Below are positions 29,001-44,600 of a DNA stretch of 64,000 nt, in pieces. The position numbers were made by a program, and so were the translations under genes. How positions within the stretch are numbered: the stretch's first letter is position 1; every line of letters begins with the position of its first letter. This DNA is from the human T2T-CHM13v2.0 reference genome, Homo sapiens. The notes under the pieces were generated by a model that had not been told where the DNA came from, searched no databases, and was given only the letters and a program-made list of their open reading frames with translations. The stretch lies in assembly GCF_009914755.1 (NCBI RefSeq), contig NC_060932.1; one strand, given 5' to 3'.

Positions 29001-29527
29001 CGGAATTCAAGTTGGAGAGAACAATGTTGATTACATTTCTAGCAGCAGCAAATACAATGGGAAGTAAAGCTCTTTTGGTATGTGTCAGGGTAATTTTTAT
29101 CATAAACAATTGGGTTGTCACACATTAGTCATACGTAAGTATTAGATCCATAATAATGTGTTCATTCTCCAACTTTGACATTTAACATTAAGTTTAGAAT
29201 AGAGATTTTTCAACCATAGCTGCACATTAGAATAATCTGGGGATTTTTAAAGCAATAGTTAAGCCACACACAATCTCAGAGATTCTGACTTAATTGCTTT
29301 GGGGTGAAAGTCAAGGTGTCAGCATTGTATTAAAATCTTCACAGGTGATTCTAATCTGAAGCTGGGGTGTGGAACCACTAATAGAGAGAACATAATGCAG
29401 GCTTTGGGGTTGGACAGACTTCGGTTCAAATCCCTGCTCTACCACTAATTGGTTGTGTGATTTGGGGGGAATTACTTAATGATTTTAAGCCTAAATTTCC
29501 TCCTCTGTCAAAAGGAAGATGGAGTAG

Positions 29528-29899
29528 TCATATAGTTCGAATATATGTCCCCATCAAATCTCATGTTGAAATTTAATCCCCAAGCTGGGAGGTGGGCCTG
29601 GTGGGAGGTGTTTGGGTCATGGGAGTGGATTCCTCATGGCCTGGTGCTGTCCTTGAGCTAGTGAGTGAGTTCTCACAAGAGCTGGTTGTTTAAAAGTGTG
29701 GCACCTCCCGCAATCACTGCTGCTCCTGCTTCATCTTCTGCCATAAGTAAAAGCTCCCTGAGGCCTCCCCAGAAGTGGAGCATATGCCAGCAACATGCTT
29801 GTACAGCTTGCAGAACCATGAACCAACTGAACCTCTATTCTTTAAAAGTTACCTAGTCTCAGGTATTTCTTTATAGCAACACAAGAACAGCTTTATACA
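29528..29899 (+). mobile_element. MST (MaLR) solo LTR inside a MIR
   Basis: caaatctcatgttgaa motif and near-TSD AGTAG/GGTAG. Confidence 0.85.
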
Positions 29900-30494
29900 G
29901 GTAGTGTTTAAGGGGCGGTATTAAAGATTAAATGAGGTAACCGGCATATGTAAAACATGAATTGCCTGGCACAGAATAGGTATGCTATAAATATAGGTGC
30001 TCATCCTCCCCTTTTATACTTGATCATTTTTAAGATTCAAGTGCTAATCCTTGAGGGAAACGGGGGAAACCCTATGGACCTAGTGCTTGGAATTGAAGTG
30101 AAGGTAGATTTGGTGTTGATCAAAGTAGAGAATAAGGAGGATGAGGTCAAATCTCAATTTTCTATGTGATGAATAATCATACAAGGGTTGCAAATCACAG
30201 TTCCATAATCGCAGCTCTCAGAACATTCTGGTACAGTTTCCTTTTTTAAAATTAAACCTTCTGGTACCATACTGTAGAATCTATATTTTAAATTTAATAT
30301 TCAATAAAGTTTTCCTGAGGTGTTTTCAGATATGAAAAATCACTTGGATATTCTGTTCCATGCACTTTATTTGTTCTCTAATATTGGCTATTAGTAGGAA
30401 ATTTACAACTCCACAGTTGTATTTACAACATTCACAAAAGATAATTTATTGAAGATACTCCACCTGTTCCTCCTAAACTCCTATTTTGCCCCCG

Positions 30495-30986
30495 TGTTGT
30501 GCTGAACCCTTATTAACCTCAACAAAGAAGCTTCCATGTTCAAGAGGCCAAAGAAGAGATCCTGAGCCAGGACATGAGACATGGGGTTTTATTAGGGGCT
30601 CACAAACAGCAGAGAGAGCCCAGTGGCGGTGGGCTGGACAATGTATCCACCTTCCTGCAGTCCAGTGGCAGTGGGCTGGACAGGAAAATTGCAATGGCTT
30701 GCAAACATCCAGTGTACGTAGTATTTTCACTTAACACCCTCCCCTTAACAACCTCCACTTGGCAACCTTCATATAACCCAAAACTCAGGGCCTCAATCCC
30801 CTGCATGGCCTATGTTCCACAGGATGAGACAGGGGCTTAGATATTCTTCATAGACAAGGAGCAAATCTCAGGGTTGGCCACTCCCAGATTCTATAGCTTG
30901 AAACAGTCATTCGGGTGTATCTGCCATATAGGGTCATGATCAGGGTATGCTTACATTATTGCTATCAGGTACATTTCCTCTATACC
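30495..30986 (-). mobile_element. ERVL solo LTR (LTR47-like)
   Basis: The reverse strand reads ...acctgatagcaataatgtaagcataccctga...gggagtggccaacc. A short internal tandem repeat contains ccagtggcRgtgggctggaca. Confidence 0.7.
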
Positions 30987-31467
30987 ACCTGCCAAGAAAG
31001 AGCCTGAGATTGCTTTCTAAATGTCTTAAAATAAAAGCTGTGAAGAAAGACGATGCCATCCAGGCCATCAGCAAATAACAAAAACCCTGTGAGCAAGAAC
31101 ATGACTCATGCTCCGTGCTATAGCTTTGAGGGCTCAAGGTGATCTTCTCTGGTAAAAAGCTCAAGATGCCAGAAAAACCCCTGGACAGGCTGAGGGCAAT
31201 TGGAACAAAGAATTCAAAAGAACAGAAGAGTGAGGAAGAGCAGGTTTGGGGAGAGTGGAAAGAAAGACATGCTCCAATGCTTGAGATAAACCGGGTAATG
31301 TGGAACTGGGCCCAACTGATTGCTTTGTTGGAAACCAGCTGAGCCAAGAGTCTAAGAATTTGGTAATTCTGGGTCAGATCCTTTTCCTCTTAGCACTAAC
31401 AAATTAGGAGCTAGCCTAGCACAGGGAATGACTCATTGTATCGCTTTCTTTCCTCACCTCCCCTCTC

Positions 31468-31598
31468 CTTTTTTAAAAAATGGGGACAGGGTCTTGCTTT
31501 GTTGCCCAGGCTGGTCTTGAACTTCTGGGCTCAGTTGATCCTTCTGCCTCAGCCTCCCAAAGTGCTGGGAGTACAGGCATGAGCCACTACACCCTGCC
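31468..31598 (-). mobile_element. FLAM (Alu monomer)
   Basis: Single left-arm Alu, reverse complement. Confidence 0.85.
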
Positions 31599-31731
31599 TT
31601 TTCCCTCTTTTTAAGGATGTAGATATTAGATACTAATTTTTTTAAATTAAATAGCTAGAAGGGAACCTGGGTCATTTCATCTAGACTGTCTTCAGCAGAG
31701 CAATGCTCAACTTATAAATAAATCTCCAATT

Positions 31732-31734
<3 letters not shown>

Positions 31735-31776
<42 letters not shown>
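31735..31776. repeat. (AC)21 microsatellite
   Basis: Perfect dinucleotide run. Confidence 0.95.
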
Positions 31777-31778
<2 letters not shown>

Positions 31779-34054
31779 TGGGGTAAAATTTCCTTATAAA
31801 AGTTAAAATATAAATATATTTTATGTCATATAGTATTGACTAAGAGCTTTGGCTCACAAGCAGCACAAATGTGTATGCTAATCCCAGCTTCCAAATTACT
31901 AGCCATGTTGCTATCTTGCTAAGCCTCAGTTTCCTCATCTTTGGAATGAGAATAATAATAGCATCTACATCACAGATGTGATGTGAGGATGAAGTGTTAG
32001 TGCTGGACACAAAACGACCACTCCAAGTAGTGAGCTATTGATGTTAAAAATATGGGGAAAATCACATATTTATAATTGATGACATATGGTATGGAAAGCA
32101 CTTAAAACAGTGTCTGGCACATGGTAGGTGCTGATGTCATCACCCTCTTCTTCCTCCTCATCACCATACTAGACTGCATTTCATTTCCTAGATGATATTT
32201 AGTCCAAGTTATTTTTGTGATACCTTTCTTTCTTTCCCCTCTAATTGCCAATGCACTTCTCCTAATATGAGTGATATGTATCTCAATATTTCCCAAAATG
32301 ACTCAAAAAAGTATTAAATCACCTCCACATAGCCATGAGATAATATTGGATATATAAATAATATATATTTTTAATTTGTATTTCAAAATGTTATTTCCAT
32401 ATACAGTTATTGTATTTTGTAACCCAAAAGTCAGGATACAACGTTATATCCATGGTCTGACAAGGGGACAGAACACTTAGAATTGAGCCTTCCCTGCATC
32501 AGCTTGACTACATTCAGTGATAGAAATGTATTAGACTTGGCCAAGCTTTGTCCTCAAAATTGCTTCCTAATCAAATTCTGGCCTAGGAACTCCTTGGCAT
32601 GCCTCCATGCAAAGATGGAATGGGTCTCTTCTTGAGGAGAGTACTGGTGGGTTCCTCCCTGGTGCAATAGGATGCCAGCCTTCCTCTTCACTGTCTGGTT
32701 TCTAGGACATCTGCTGTCAAACAGGGTCTCTATCTACCAGTATTCCAGAGCCTTGCAAGAGAGAGTAGCATCAAACAGTCTGGTCTGCTTCTATCAAAAG
32801 CCTCCCCAATAAAAAAGATAGATACTTGTTATTGGCTGAAGAATATACAGTTTTTCACCTTTCCAGGTACTCTAAATTACAGACTTGTATCACATTGAAT
32901 CCAAGGCTGCCTATACATATTAACAACTGATGTTTATTGAGCACTAACTAGTGCTAGGCATTATATAAGCACTTTACTTACATTATCTCACTTAACCTTC
33001 TCTCTCTTTATATATATATATATATATAAAGCTGAAATACAGAAAGAGCCTGGACCCAGAAAACATCCATGAATAGCTGCATTGGCCATGGATGGCCTGA
33101 CCCTGGACTTATTATATCAGAAAAATAACCCCCTAAGTAATTCTGATAGATTTTTTCATTCTTGGAGCCAAACACGTTTCAAATTGATACACTTCATTTT
33201 ATGAATAAGGAAACTAAAGCTCAGTGAGTTTGGGTAATTTCTCCAAAGTCCTGTGGCCAGTAGATGCTAGAAACAGGATTTGTACCCACATCTGCCCAGC
33301 ACCAACACACATGCTCTTACTCACAAGAGCACTGAAGCGCCCTCCCATCACTGTATCTGCATCAGTTCACCACGTCTCATCCTTCCCAAACCATGTGTCA
33401 CAGAACTCAGATATTATTCATAGATATGCCTCAGCAGAAATGTTTTGGTGGTAAGTTAAGTTCTAAGAACACAGAGTTTTGTATTCCCTTTTTGTAGAGA
33501 ACCACAAAGCATATCAAAACGTCAGTTTCCAAAAAAAAACAAAAAACCTATTATTAAGAAACCTGCTTGACTTTGATTAATTCAGTGGTTCCCAAACTTA
33601 TTTGAGTACGGAACGCATTTTTTTAAATGACTTTTCTATAAATATCTTCCAGAACATTGTTCCCTTGAACGCCAATTTGGGAGATCACTCACTGAATTTT
33701 AAGCATTATTTCCTCAGCTTTGGTTTAAAGTAAAAGGAAAGTGAGTCACAATTTTGTCCATTCTGCACCTCCTGGTCCCCTATGAAGTCCCAAAGGATAA
33801 ATTTCTTTGAGAATCTGGTGCTCAGGGCAAAATATGTACCTCCTGAGGAAGTTATTTGCTTCCTTTTTAAAAATAAAAGTATGTGACTTACAGAGCTTCT
33901 CCTTTTGTTTTGGCTTTCTGGAGGCTGAGACAAATGGGAAGCAATTATCAGCTCAGGTTCCTGGGTTTTACAGATTTGTTGTTGTTGTTTTTTTTAATCT
34001 GATCTTGATTTTTCCTCTTGATCTTCCCTGTCTTAATTCTGTATTTGAGTTTTA

Positions 34055-34475
<421 letters not shown>

Positions 34476-35539
34476 TCAACATGATTGTACTGATAGTATC
34501 TGATCGAAGAATCGGTGTAGTTTTTAATAATTGATACTATAAAACTTGAAATTACGGCTTATGAATATCTAATGAGAGGAAGGAATAGATTTTCAAATGG
34601 GGATATATTCTTGGAGATAGAACATAAATGCCTTTGCTGAATTTTTATTGAAATTAATTATACTTCTCTAGATTGCCAAGCTAAATCAATATCTATACCA
34701 TCAAATTCAGTAACCAAATTAATCACAACCTTGCAAAAATAAAATAAAATTAAGAAAGACATGCCCTGTGATACATACCTATTTCAGGAAACCTAGTTAA
34801 CCATGGTTGAATAGCCATCACTTCCTTAAGAAGGAATACAATTTGCTATAATTGTCAACACAGAGGAGCAGTAAGTTATTTGTGAAGTTGGTGACTTGTG
34901 CCATTTATTGAAGAGTCAACCCAACAAGCCCCAGATCAATAAACAAATGTCAACTAAGGGACATACTGTGAAATACAGTAGGCAATACAAAGAAATATGA
35001 TCTCGCGGCTGCTATGAGAGAACACTCAAGTATTAAGAAGGGGCTAGGAGAAGCAGCTCAGAATGTTATTTGCAGCTTTTGTTTTAAAACGAACTCCTAT
35101 AGCACTGCTTTCAGACATCATCAATTGTATTGATAATCTTTCATTTTTCTATATGGCCTCTCTTAGATCTTTAAAACCCTAAAGTCCAGATTTTAATCCG
35201 AGACATGGTGACTGCTTAGATAAATTTCATGTGTGAAGATAGAACATTTTAAAATATTAGCATTTGTTTCTTTCTCTCTACTTTTTCAGGCAGCAAAAAG
35301 ATGTCCTCTTGGTGGCCTTCAGAAAAGGGTTCTTGCAATATAAACGCAAAGAAACAAAAGGGATCTGATTTTATCTTTTGAGTTTCTATGTCGATCTTTG
35401 GACCCATGGCTGAAAAAACAGCTTGAGAGAAAAGAGTTTTCAAGAACAAAAGCCAAATCCCTCTTAGAGTTGGTTAGCCTGCATAAAACAGAAAATGGAA
35501 AAGCTTGAATACAGTTTATTTCCCTTTCTTGTAGAAGAA

Positions 35540-35955
35540 GTCTGGTAGATAGGCTAGAGCAGGTGTGGTTATCAGAGATTCAGACTCTGTCTATATTTCA
35601 GTTACCTCCTAGTACTAGCTTGCAGCCTCAAGATTACCTGCTGGTACAAGATGGTTGCTAGAGCTCCAACCATTATAACTACATCTGAGGCAATAGGAAC
35701 TAGGGAAAGGCAAAGAGAAGACCTTCCTGCTGAGTCAGATCACTTACGCAGCCGTCTCAGAAGTACCAGGCAACTCTTACGCTTATATTTCATTTGTCTG
35801 ATTGTAGTTACATGACCATGCTGGGCTTCAAGGGAGCCTGGAAAACATAATTTTTTTAGCAGGGCACACAGCTGATTCAAAAAAAGAAACCAGCATTTGT
35901 TACTGAAGCAGAAAGGGAGAATAGATGTAGAGTTGCAAATAACAGTCCTTGCCAC
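35540..35955 (-). mobile_element. MLT1 (old MaLR) LTR fragment
   Basis: caagatggttgctagagctcca ... gtccttgccaca. Confidence 0.5.
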
Positions 35956-38900
35956 ATCTCTAAAGAACCCAAGGGGGTAAAGTTGATACCTAAGTGTAAG
36001 TTGAGAATAATTCTTGATTATGCAGGTGCAAATTTTCTAACCCTAGATGAGATAAACATTCTTTGGACTGGAGGATGAGCAAAATAACAGAAAGGACATG
36101 AAAAGAAAATAGATGTTGTGCATCCCCACGCGGGTCCCTGTGCCCCAAGAGTCATCATCAGATCCTCCAGAGGGGGCACCAGAAACCTCAGATAGACTGG
36201 CAGATCCAAACCAGAGAAGTCCTGTGCCTTGCACCTGATAGAGGCCTGGTAGATAACAAGCTTCATGGCATTTCTCCTGACCTGCCTGGTGAGATATCCA
36301 TACTGGAAATGGCAGCCTGGCATGTCTAGGCAGCAAAGCCTGCAAGAACTCCATGAGATCCCGTGTGATCCTACAGTAGTTTGGAAGAGCACCCAAAATG
36401 TCCCAAGGCCTTCACACTCCCTTATGAGGGGCTCAAAAGTAGCTGAGAGGGGCCAGCAGGTTTGAAGACTAAGTCAGAGATGAGAAGGATATGGGGTAAC
36501 TTTCCTGGACCAACTACCAGAAACCAGATGGGGAACCCAGATGTTCTAGAAATTTCCTTTAGGGATGATGTACAACTCCGCAGATGCCAGCAGGGACAGA
36601 TGCCTCCCTCTCCCTCAACACGTGGCTCTGTGAAAACTCCTCAGAATTTAGACATGATCTAGGGAACAGAGGGTGGTAGAAACCCTGAACTGACTGGGGT
36701 TGGGGGGAAGGCAGATTTGAGAGTGAAAATTCTGATTTGACTATGTTTTCTTTAAAATGGCTGGGGTTAAATTATCCTACCAGGCAGAATGGAGATTTAA
36801 AATTAAAATTCAGTTATAGAAAAAATTATTTTATAAAACTGAGTGTATGACTTGTGAAAATTCATCTGCAAAACATGCTTTCTCAGTTTGTCAATTCTCA
36901 CTACTAAAAGCCACTTTTGAAAGCTCAGAATTTTGGCACATTCTTCATTGATGTATGAAAAGTTGTAACAAACAAGTATTTTGCTGTTTCGTCATTGCTT
37001 CAATAATATTGTACCTCATACTCATGACTCACAGATACCCTTTTTAGCCCTTGCCAACAAGCCAGGCATTGTTGTATTTGTACAACAGATACAAATAAAA
37101 TTTGTATTTCCCAACACTTTAGCTGCATCTAAGTGCCCAATTTGTCCTAGCTTGTTCAGGACTTTACTGGTTTTAGCAATATAGTCCAGTACCCCAGAAA
37201 TCCTTCCAACAATCCCAGACAAACCAGGATGTTTGGTTACCCTCTCTGCATCAGAATCACCTGGAGGACTTGTTAAAGCACAGATTCCTGGGCTGCACCC
37301 CTAGAGCTTTTAATTCAATAGGAGTGGGGATGGGGGCTCAAGATCTTTTATTTGTAACAAGCTCCCAGGCTACAAATCTAGGGACCTTGTTGCACTGACC
37401 AAAGACACAGGTCACGGTTTTTTTCCCCAACATTAACATAATAAAGCAATTGCGTCAATCCATAACCAACATAACAATGACAAATCAATGATGGATTCTT
37501 AGCAAAAACTTTGACCAAGGTCTCAAGTTTTTCTCCTTTTCTTTTATAGCAGTTCCCTGAACATGGCAGCTCTGTGGAGCTGTACCAGAGTTCATTCGTG
37601 GGAGGTAAGCTTAGAACTTGCCCCTTAGCCCTTCCAGAGGTTCATTAAGCATCTAATTTTTCATATTAAATCCCTTTCTGCTAAAACCAGCAAGAGTGTT
37701 CTGTTATCTGTAACTAATCTTGATGCACACATCATGGGGACACTGGGTCACAGGGTTTGATAAGTGGTAGAAGAAGGGGGAAAGAAGTTTGTGCACATTT
37801 CAGAGACAAGAGGAAAAGGAAAAGCAGAGATTTCCTGTGAGTGCAAAGGCCTGTCTAGGCAAAGATGCCCCTGCCCACCTTGGGCCATTTACAAGGAAAA
37901 CACTTACAAACCCAGCAGTAGAAAACCATATCAATACATTCCCAAACAATTACTACAGTCAGCAGAGATGACATCATTCTCCTTCCCATCAGAACAATAA
38001 GCCTGGCTCTAACTCTATAAACAGTAAAAGCAAAATGTGTTTCTCTAACAGATGGAAATGAATAGGTTTGAAGTTGATAGTGATCTTTCTGTGGTCTAAA
38101 AGGCCTCACCCAATACAAATATCTTACCCTAGACAATAACAAATGTAAACACAACCAAACACAGTGAACCCCCTTGAGCCGAGTGAAGGCTGCCAGAACC
38201 AGAGACCCAGGTCCTGGCAAACTCAGACATTTAAGGACAATCTAGAAGAAAGGAGTCCCTAAATTTTCACACATCTCCAAAGAAATCAACTTCAGAGCTA
38301 TTCCTTTTGAATTTTTATTTAAGCCTTAAAAGTTAATTCACCATGTAAGGTAGAGAGGCAAAAAGAGATGACAGATATACTCTCCACTACCAGGTCACTA
38401 ATCTGCTCAATCAAGCATGGCAGGGAAGCAAGTAAACCATGAAATCTCAGTGTAGACGACCCTTGATTTTAACTCAAATATGCCGATTAAATCCTTGACA
38501 TTGGATTATGCATATGTAAGGTACCAGTGTTAGATGTTAAAGCTAATATTTCTCCTGATGAAGCAGCACCTTTGCTAGGACTTAGTGAGTTGGTAAGCGT
38601 GCACTGACAACCCTGTCCTACAGCAGTGGCATCCACACACTCAGGGAAGTACCACACATCGCTATAGTCTGATTCTCTTGTAGTGTTACAGGCAACTTAC
38701 ACCATCTCTGATTCACTTAAAAAATTCTCAGCTGACTTGCAAAATAATTGCAACAGACTCTCTTTGTGTAAACTTGATTACTATTTTGTAAGGTCCCGTT
38801 TCTATAAGGCCAAGGAATCTGTGAAATCCGTATTTTTTTCCTTCTTTTAAAACTTGAATTTTTATCCCAATAGATACTTTTTACCCATAGGACTTAATAC

Positions 38901-39099
38901 AAAGTATAAAATTGTCATATGTTATGGTTTTTACAGTTTTATTTCTGCTTTTCTTTCCTGCTGCACTTGCAATGAACTTACTGTAATAATTGTATCCATT
39001 CATTAGAAGGCACTTTATATCCAACAAATCTTCAAGTCACAGGGTTTGTAAGAGGAAAAGAGTGGTTAAGAATATAATGACTAGTTTCTACTCTTGAAT

Positions 39100-39830
39100 A
39101 TTTCCAATCTTTCCTCAACACAGCAGCAGGCCCTTTGTGAGATTTAAACCCAAACACGGCTCTCTCTGCTGAGAATCCCTCAATGGTTTCCCATTGCGTT
39201 CAGAATAAACACAAGCCCCGTTACAAGGCCTACAATAACAGGCCACTCATCTAGGGTGTTATGTGAGTTAATAAATGTAAAATTCTTAGAAGTGTGCCTG
39301 GCACACAGCAAGTGCTCAGTGAATTCTAGCTGTCCTTCTCCTTCCTTCTTGCCCTTTCCCTCCTCCTCCATGCTTACCTGGCAATGCTTCCCATGACCTC
39401 TCCCTTGCCTCACTCTGCTGTCAGCCACCTTCTCCCTCCTCCAGTATGCTGCATTCACACTGGTCATCCTCCAGATTCTTGAACACATCAAGCTTTTGCC
39501 TATTTCAGAATCCTTCCCCAAGCGGTTCCTTCCCTGTCATCCAGGTGGCCACTTCTCATCTTTTAGGCCTAAATGGCTCCTCCTCAGAAGAACTTCCTTT
39601 TCTGCCTAATCTAAATTGGTCCCCCCTATTATTTTCCCACAGACTAAGTTCTTTTCTTTTAGTGTCCTAATTACAACTTGTAATTGATACTTGTTTGTTT
39701 TAAATGTTCAGTGTCATTCTTTCCCATCAGCCCTTAAACTCTCTCTGTTAGGAAAGAGGACAGATGTTTTGTTTGCTAGTTATTTAACACTGTGTTTGCC
39801 ATCTAGAGGAAACTCAATTAGTATGGAAGG
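39100..39830 (+). mobile_element. L2 3' fragment with a nested MIR piece
   Basis: ccctcaatggtttcccattgc, cacactggtcatcctcca and ctcctcagaag motifs. Confidence 0.6.
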
Positions 39831-41618
39831 AGAAAAAGAAAAATTATTTAAAAGTAAATTCAATATTTATTAAATGTTTACCATGTGGCTAGGCATTCTA
39901 CTAAATACTTAGAATGTATTAGCTCCTCTAATCTTTCAAATATCTATGAGCTATGTTATTATCTCTTTTTCACATTTGTAAAAAGTGGAACTCAAAGAAT
40001 TCATGTAAGTCATACCGGTAATAAGTGTCAGAGCTGAGATTTGAACTGAGGTCTTTGTAGCTCCAAATCATTTGCTTTTCCTCTCATACCAAGTTGCTTC
40101 CAGTAACAAGGGAGTGGAAGTATGTGAAATTACACAATATGATAAATAGCTCCTTCTGCCTCATTTATGGCATGTAAAATTTCCCTGAGTAAGTGGTTCA
40201 GTTGTCCTTCTGGAATTGAAACATCAATGAGACAATTTTGCTGCCATGTAATGAGCTTTTCCCCGGGCATGTGCTATATCTTTTATCAGCCCAAGTAATA
40301 CTTCAGGGCTTGTGTACTTACCATGTATTAATTGTATGACTTTAAAATATTGAGTAGTGCTCCCTCAAGGGCATGCTCCCTCAAGGGCTGTGTTTTCTGT
40401 CAGGTGCCATTGTGGACTTGGGTTTGTTAAATGAGAAAGTGATCAATTTCCAGAGCAACCAGAAGAATACCCTGCAGAGTGAGCTCAATGGAAAGAAAGC
40501 AATCAAGTGTTAAGGGGTAAGGGGAAATAATGGCAAGAGGTTGGGGATGGCGGGGAGATCTATTGGTTCCAAATCAGATGCGCTCAGTCTTAAAATCAGT
40601 AACATCTCAAGTTATACCAGTGATTACTCCCAGACTAAAGGCTCTTTGACTCCCATTTCATTTCCCAAATAGTGAGATGTTCTTGAATATCAAATTGAAA
40701 ATTAGAAAGCCAAGAAAACAAGAGGGAAATAATAATATTTAACATTTACTATGCTAGGTCTTTTACATGAATTAACTTATTTTGTCCTCAAAAACCCTCA
40801 TGGTAGACACTAATATTATTCCCAATAAACAGATGAGTAAGCTGAGGCACAGAAAGGTAAAATAAGTTGCAGTGTGGTCTTACTAAAAATTGTATTGGAT
40901 GATGAAATCAGCAAGAATGATGGAATAAGAACCATTGAATATCATCTCCTCTACAAAAGCAACAAAAACACTAGAAAATATTATGTCAACTTCTTCAGAA
41001 TCCTGGATATTAAACAAAAGCTTGCAACAATTCAGGAAGCATTAATTCAAGAAAAATGACTGAATCTTAACAAATTTTTTTTGACATTTTAACTTGCTTT
41101 GTTTCTATGCCTCTCTCCCACCTCTGTGGTAGCCTTGAAAACCAATAGCCCACTGTTACTGTGAAAACCAGAAGCTTCTGGGGGACACACATTAGGGTTG
41201 GAGTTCTTTCAAAGCCTCATTTTCAGAGAATTGTCATTGCTTGACCTGTCTGCGAATTCCCTGGAAAACCCCACTTGCAGAGTTTGTCTTTATCTGACCT
41301 ACTAGAGCTTGCCCAGTGACAACATTTTCACCAAGAGTGTTTATTGAAAACAATCAGTGGCAGTTATATACAATGAAACAGCTATATGAAGCAGCAATAA
41401 CAATTTGGGTAAGCAAAAAATCGGACCAAAAAAACTTAGAAAAATCTGGGGAATGACATTCCATAGGGGGCTTTGACAAGTTCCAACATATTCCTGGAAA
41501 TCTGGAAGTCCATGCATGTGTATAGAGCTGTGTACAGGCCCAGGAAATACTTAAGAAAGTCCTAAGCTCATTTCTCTGGCTGACCTTGAGGCTCTGCACA
41601 AGCAAGAAGTAGAAATTT

Positions 41619-42349
<731 letters not shown>

Positions 42350-42586
42350 TTATTAGCTGACCACAAAGCTGACTGAGCAGATTTCAATGGCTATACACTA
42401 CAATGAATATAGACCTTGCAGAATAAGTTTAGAAATGCCATTAAACAAACAACAATAAGAAAAAACAGAAATAACAACAATCCTGGGGAAGAAGGAAGAA
42501 TCAGATTTTCAAAGTTGCTATATTTTATAATTTAAAATGTCTAATTTTCAACAAAATAAGAGGGATATCTAAAAAATCAAGAAAGT

Positions 42587-43003
<417 letters not shown>

Positions 43004-43868
43004 TTAAATATATTCAACTAACTAAAGAAATATTATGTCTAAAGAATTAAAAGAATATATGAGAACAATTTCTCACCAAATAGAGAATATCAATAAGGAG
43101 ATGGAAAGTATCAAAAAGAATTAATAAAAATTCTATAGTTGGAAAGTAGAACAACTGAAATTTAAAAATTATCTAGAGGGATTCAACAGCAGATTTGAGC
43201 TAGCAGTAGAAAGAATCATCAAATCTAAAGATAGGGCAGTTGACATTATCCAGTTTGAAGATTAGAGAGAGAAGAAAAAAGGAATGAAGAAAAATAAACA
43301 GAGCCTTAGACATCTGTGGGACACATCAGCATGTCAATACACTCATAATGAGAATGCCAGAAAAAGAGAAAAGAAACAAGAGCAGAAAGAATATTTACAG
43401 ACATTATGACTGAAAACTTCCCAAATTTGATGAAAAACATTAATTTACAATCCAAGAAGTCACTACAAGCTCCAAGTAGAATAAAACTCAAAGAGATCCA
43501 CCCATAGACACATTATTGTCAAGTTGTCAAAAGACAAAGATACAATTTTGAAAGCAACAAGAGGGAAGTGATTCATCACATACAAGTGATCTTCAATAAG
43601 ATTAACAGATAATTTCTCATCAGAAACTGGAGGTCAGAAAGCAGAGGGATGGGGTGGGAGTGGGGGGGCATCCTGTCAACCAAGACTTTTATATCCAGCA
43701 GAACTAACCTTCGAAAATAAAGGAGAAATTAAGATAAACAAAAACTGAAAGAATTTGTCACTAGCAGACTTGTACTACAAGAAACACTAAAGGGAGTGTT
43801 TCAGGCTGAAATGAATAAAAACCAGATAGTAAGTCAAATACAAATGAAGAAATAAAGAGCACTGATAA

Positions 43869-44167
<299 letters not shown>

Positions 44168-44449
44168 GAGTGCTGGCAAAAGCAACTACATTGGCTGATA
44201 TAAAAGATAGTATAAATCTTTTGTTTGTAATTCTTTTTTTCTTCCTATCTAATTTAAAATGCAACTATATAAAGTACTAATGTAAATCTGTTTTGTTGGG
44301 CAGATAATATATAGAGATGTAATCTGTATGACAACAATAAGACAAAGGAGTGGTGGGGCAGAACTATATAGGATAAAATGTGTGTATACTACTGAAATTA
44401 AGCTGGTATTAATCCTAACTAGATTGTTATAAATCAAGATATTAATTGC

Positions 44450-44600
44450 GGCTGGAAGTGTTAGCCTCCCGAGTAGCTGTAAACCAGCTGGTTTACAGCT
44501 ACTCGGGAGGCTGAGGTGGGAGGATTGCTTGAGAACAGGAGTTTGAGACCAGCCTGAGCAACACAGCAAGACTCTATTTTTAAAATTTTTTAAATTTAAT
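44450..44600 (+). mobile_element. FLAM with a rearranged 5' part
   Basis: ggctggaagtg ... gggaggctgaggtgggaggattgcttga ... gagaccagcctg. Confidence 0.75.
44463..44512. repeat. Perfect 50-bp palindrome with no spacer
   Basis: agcctcccgagtagctgtaaaccag followed immediately by its exact reverse complement ctggtttacagctactcgggaggct. Confidence 0.95.

Noticed and set aside
30940-31347. 135-aa minus-strand ORF
   Set aside because: Non-ATG start, no recognisable domain, and it ends inside an LTR.
36163-36180. CTCF-like cctccagagggggcac
   Set aside because: Only the 3' half fits the core consensus.
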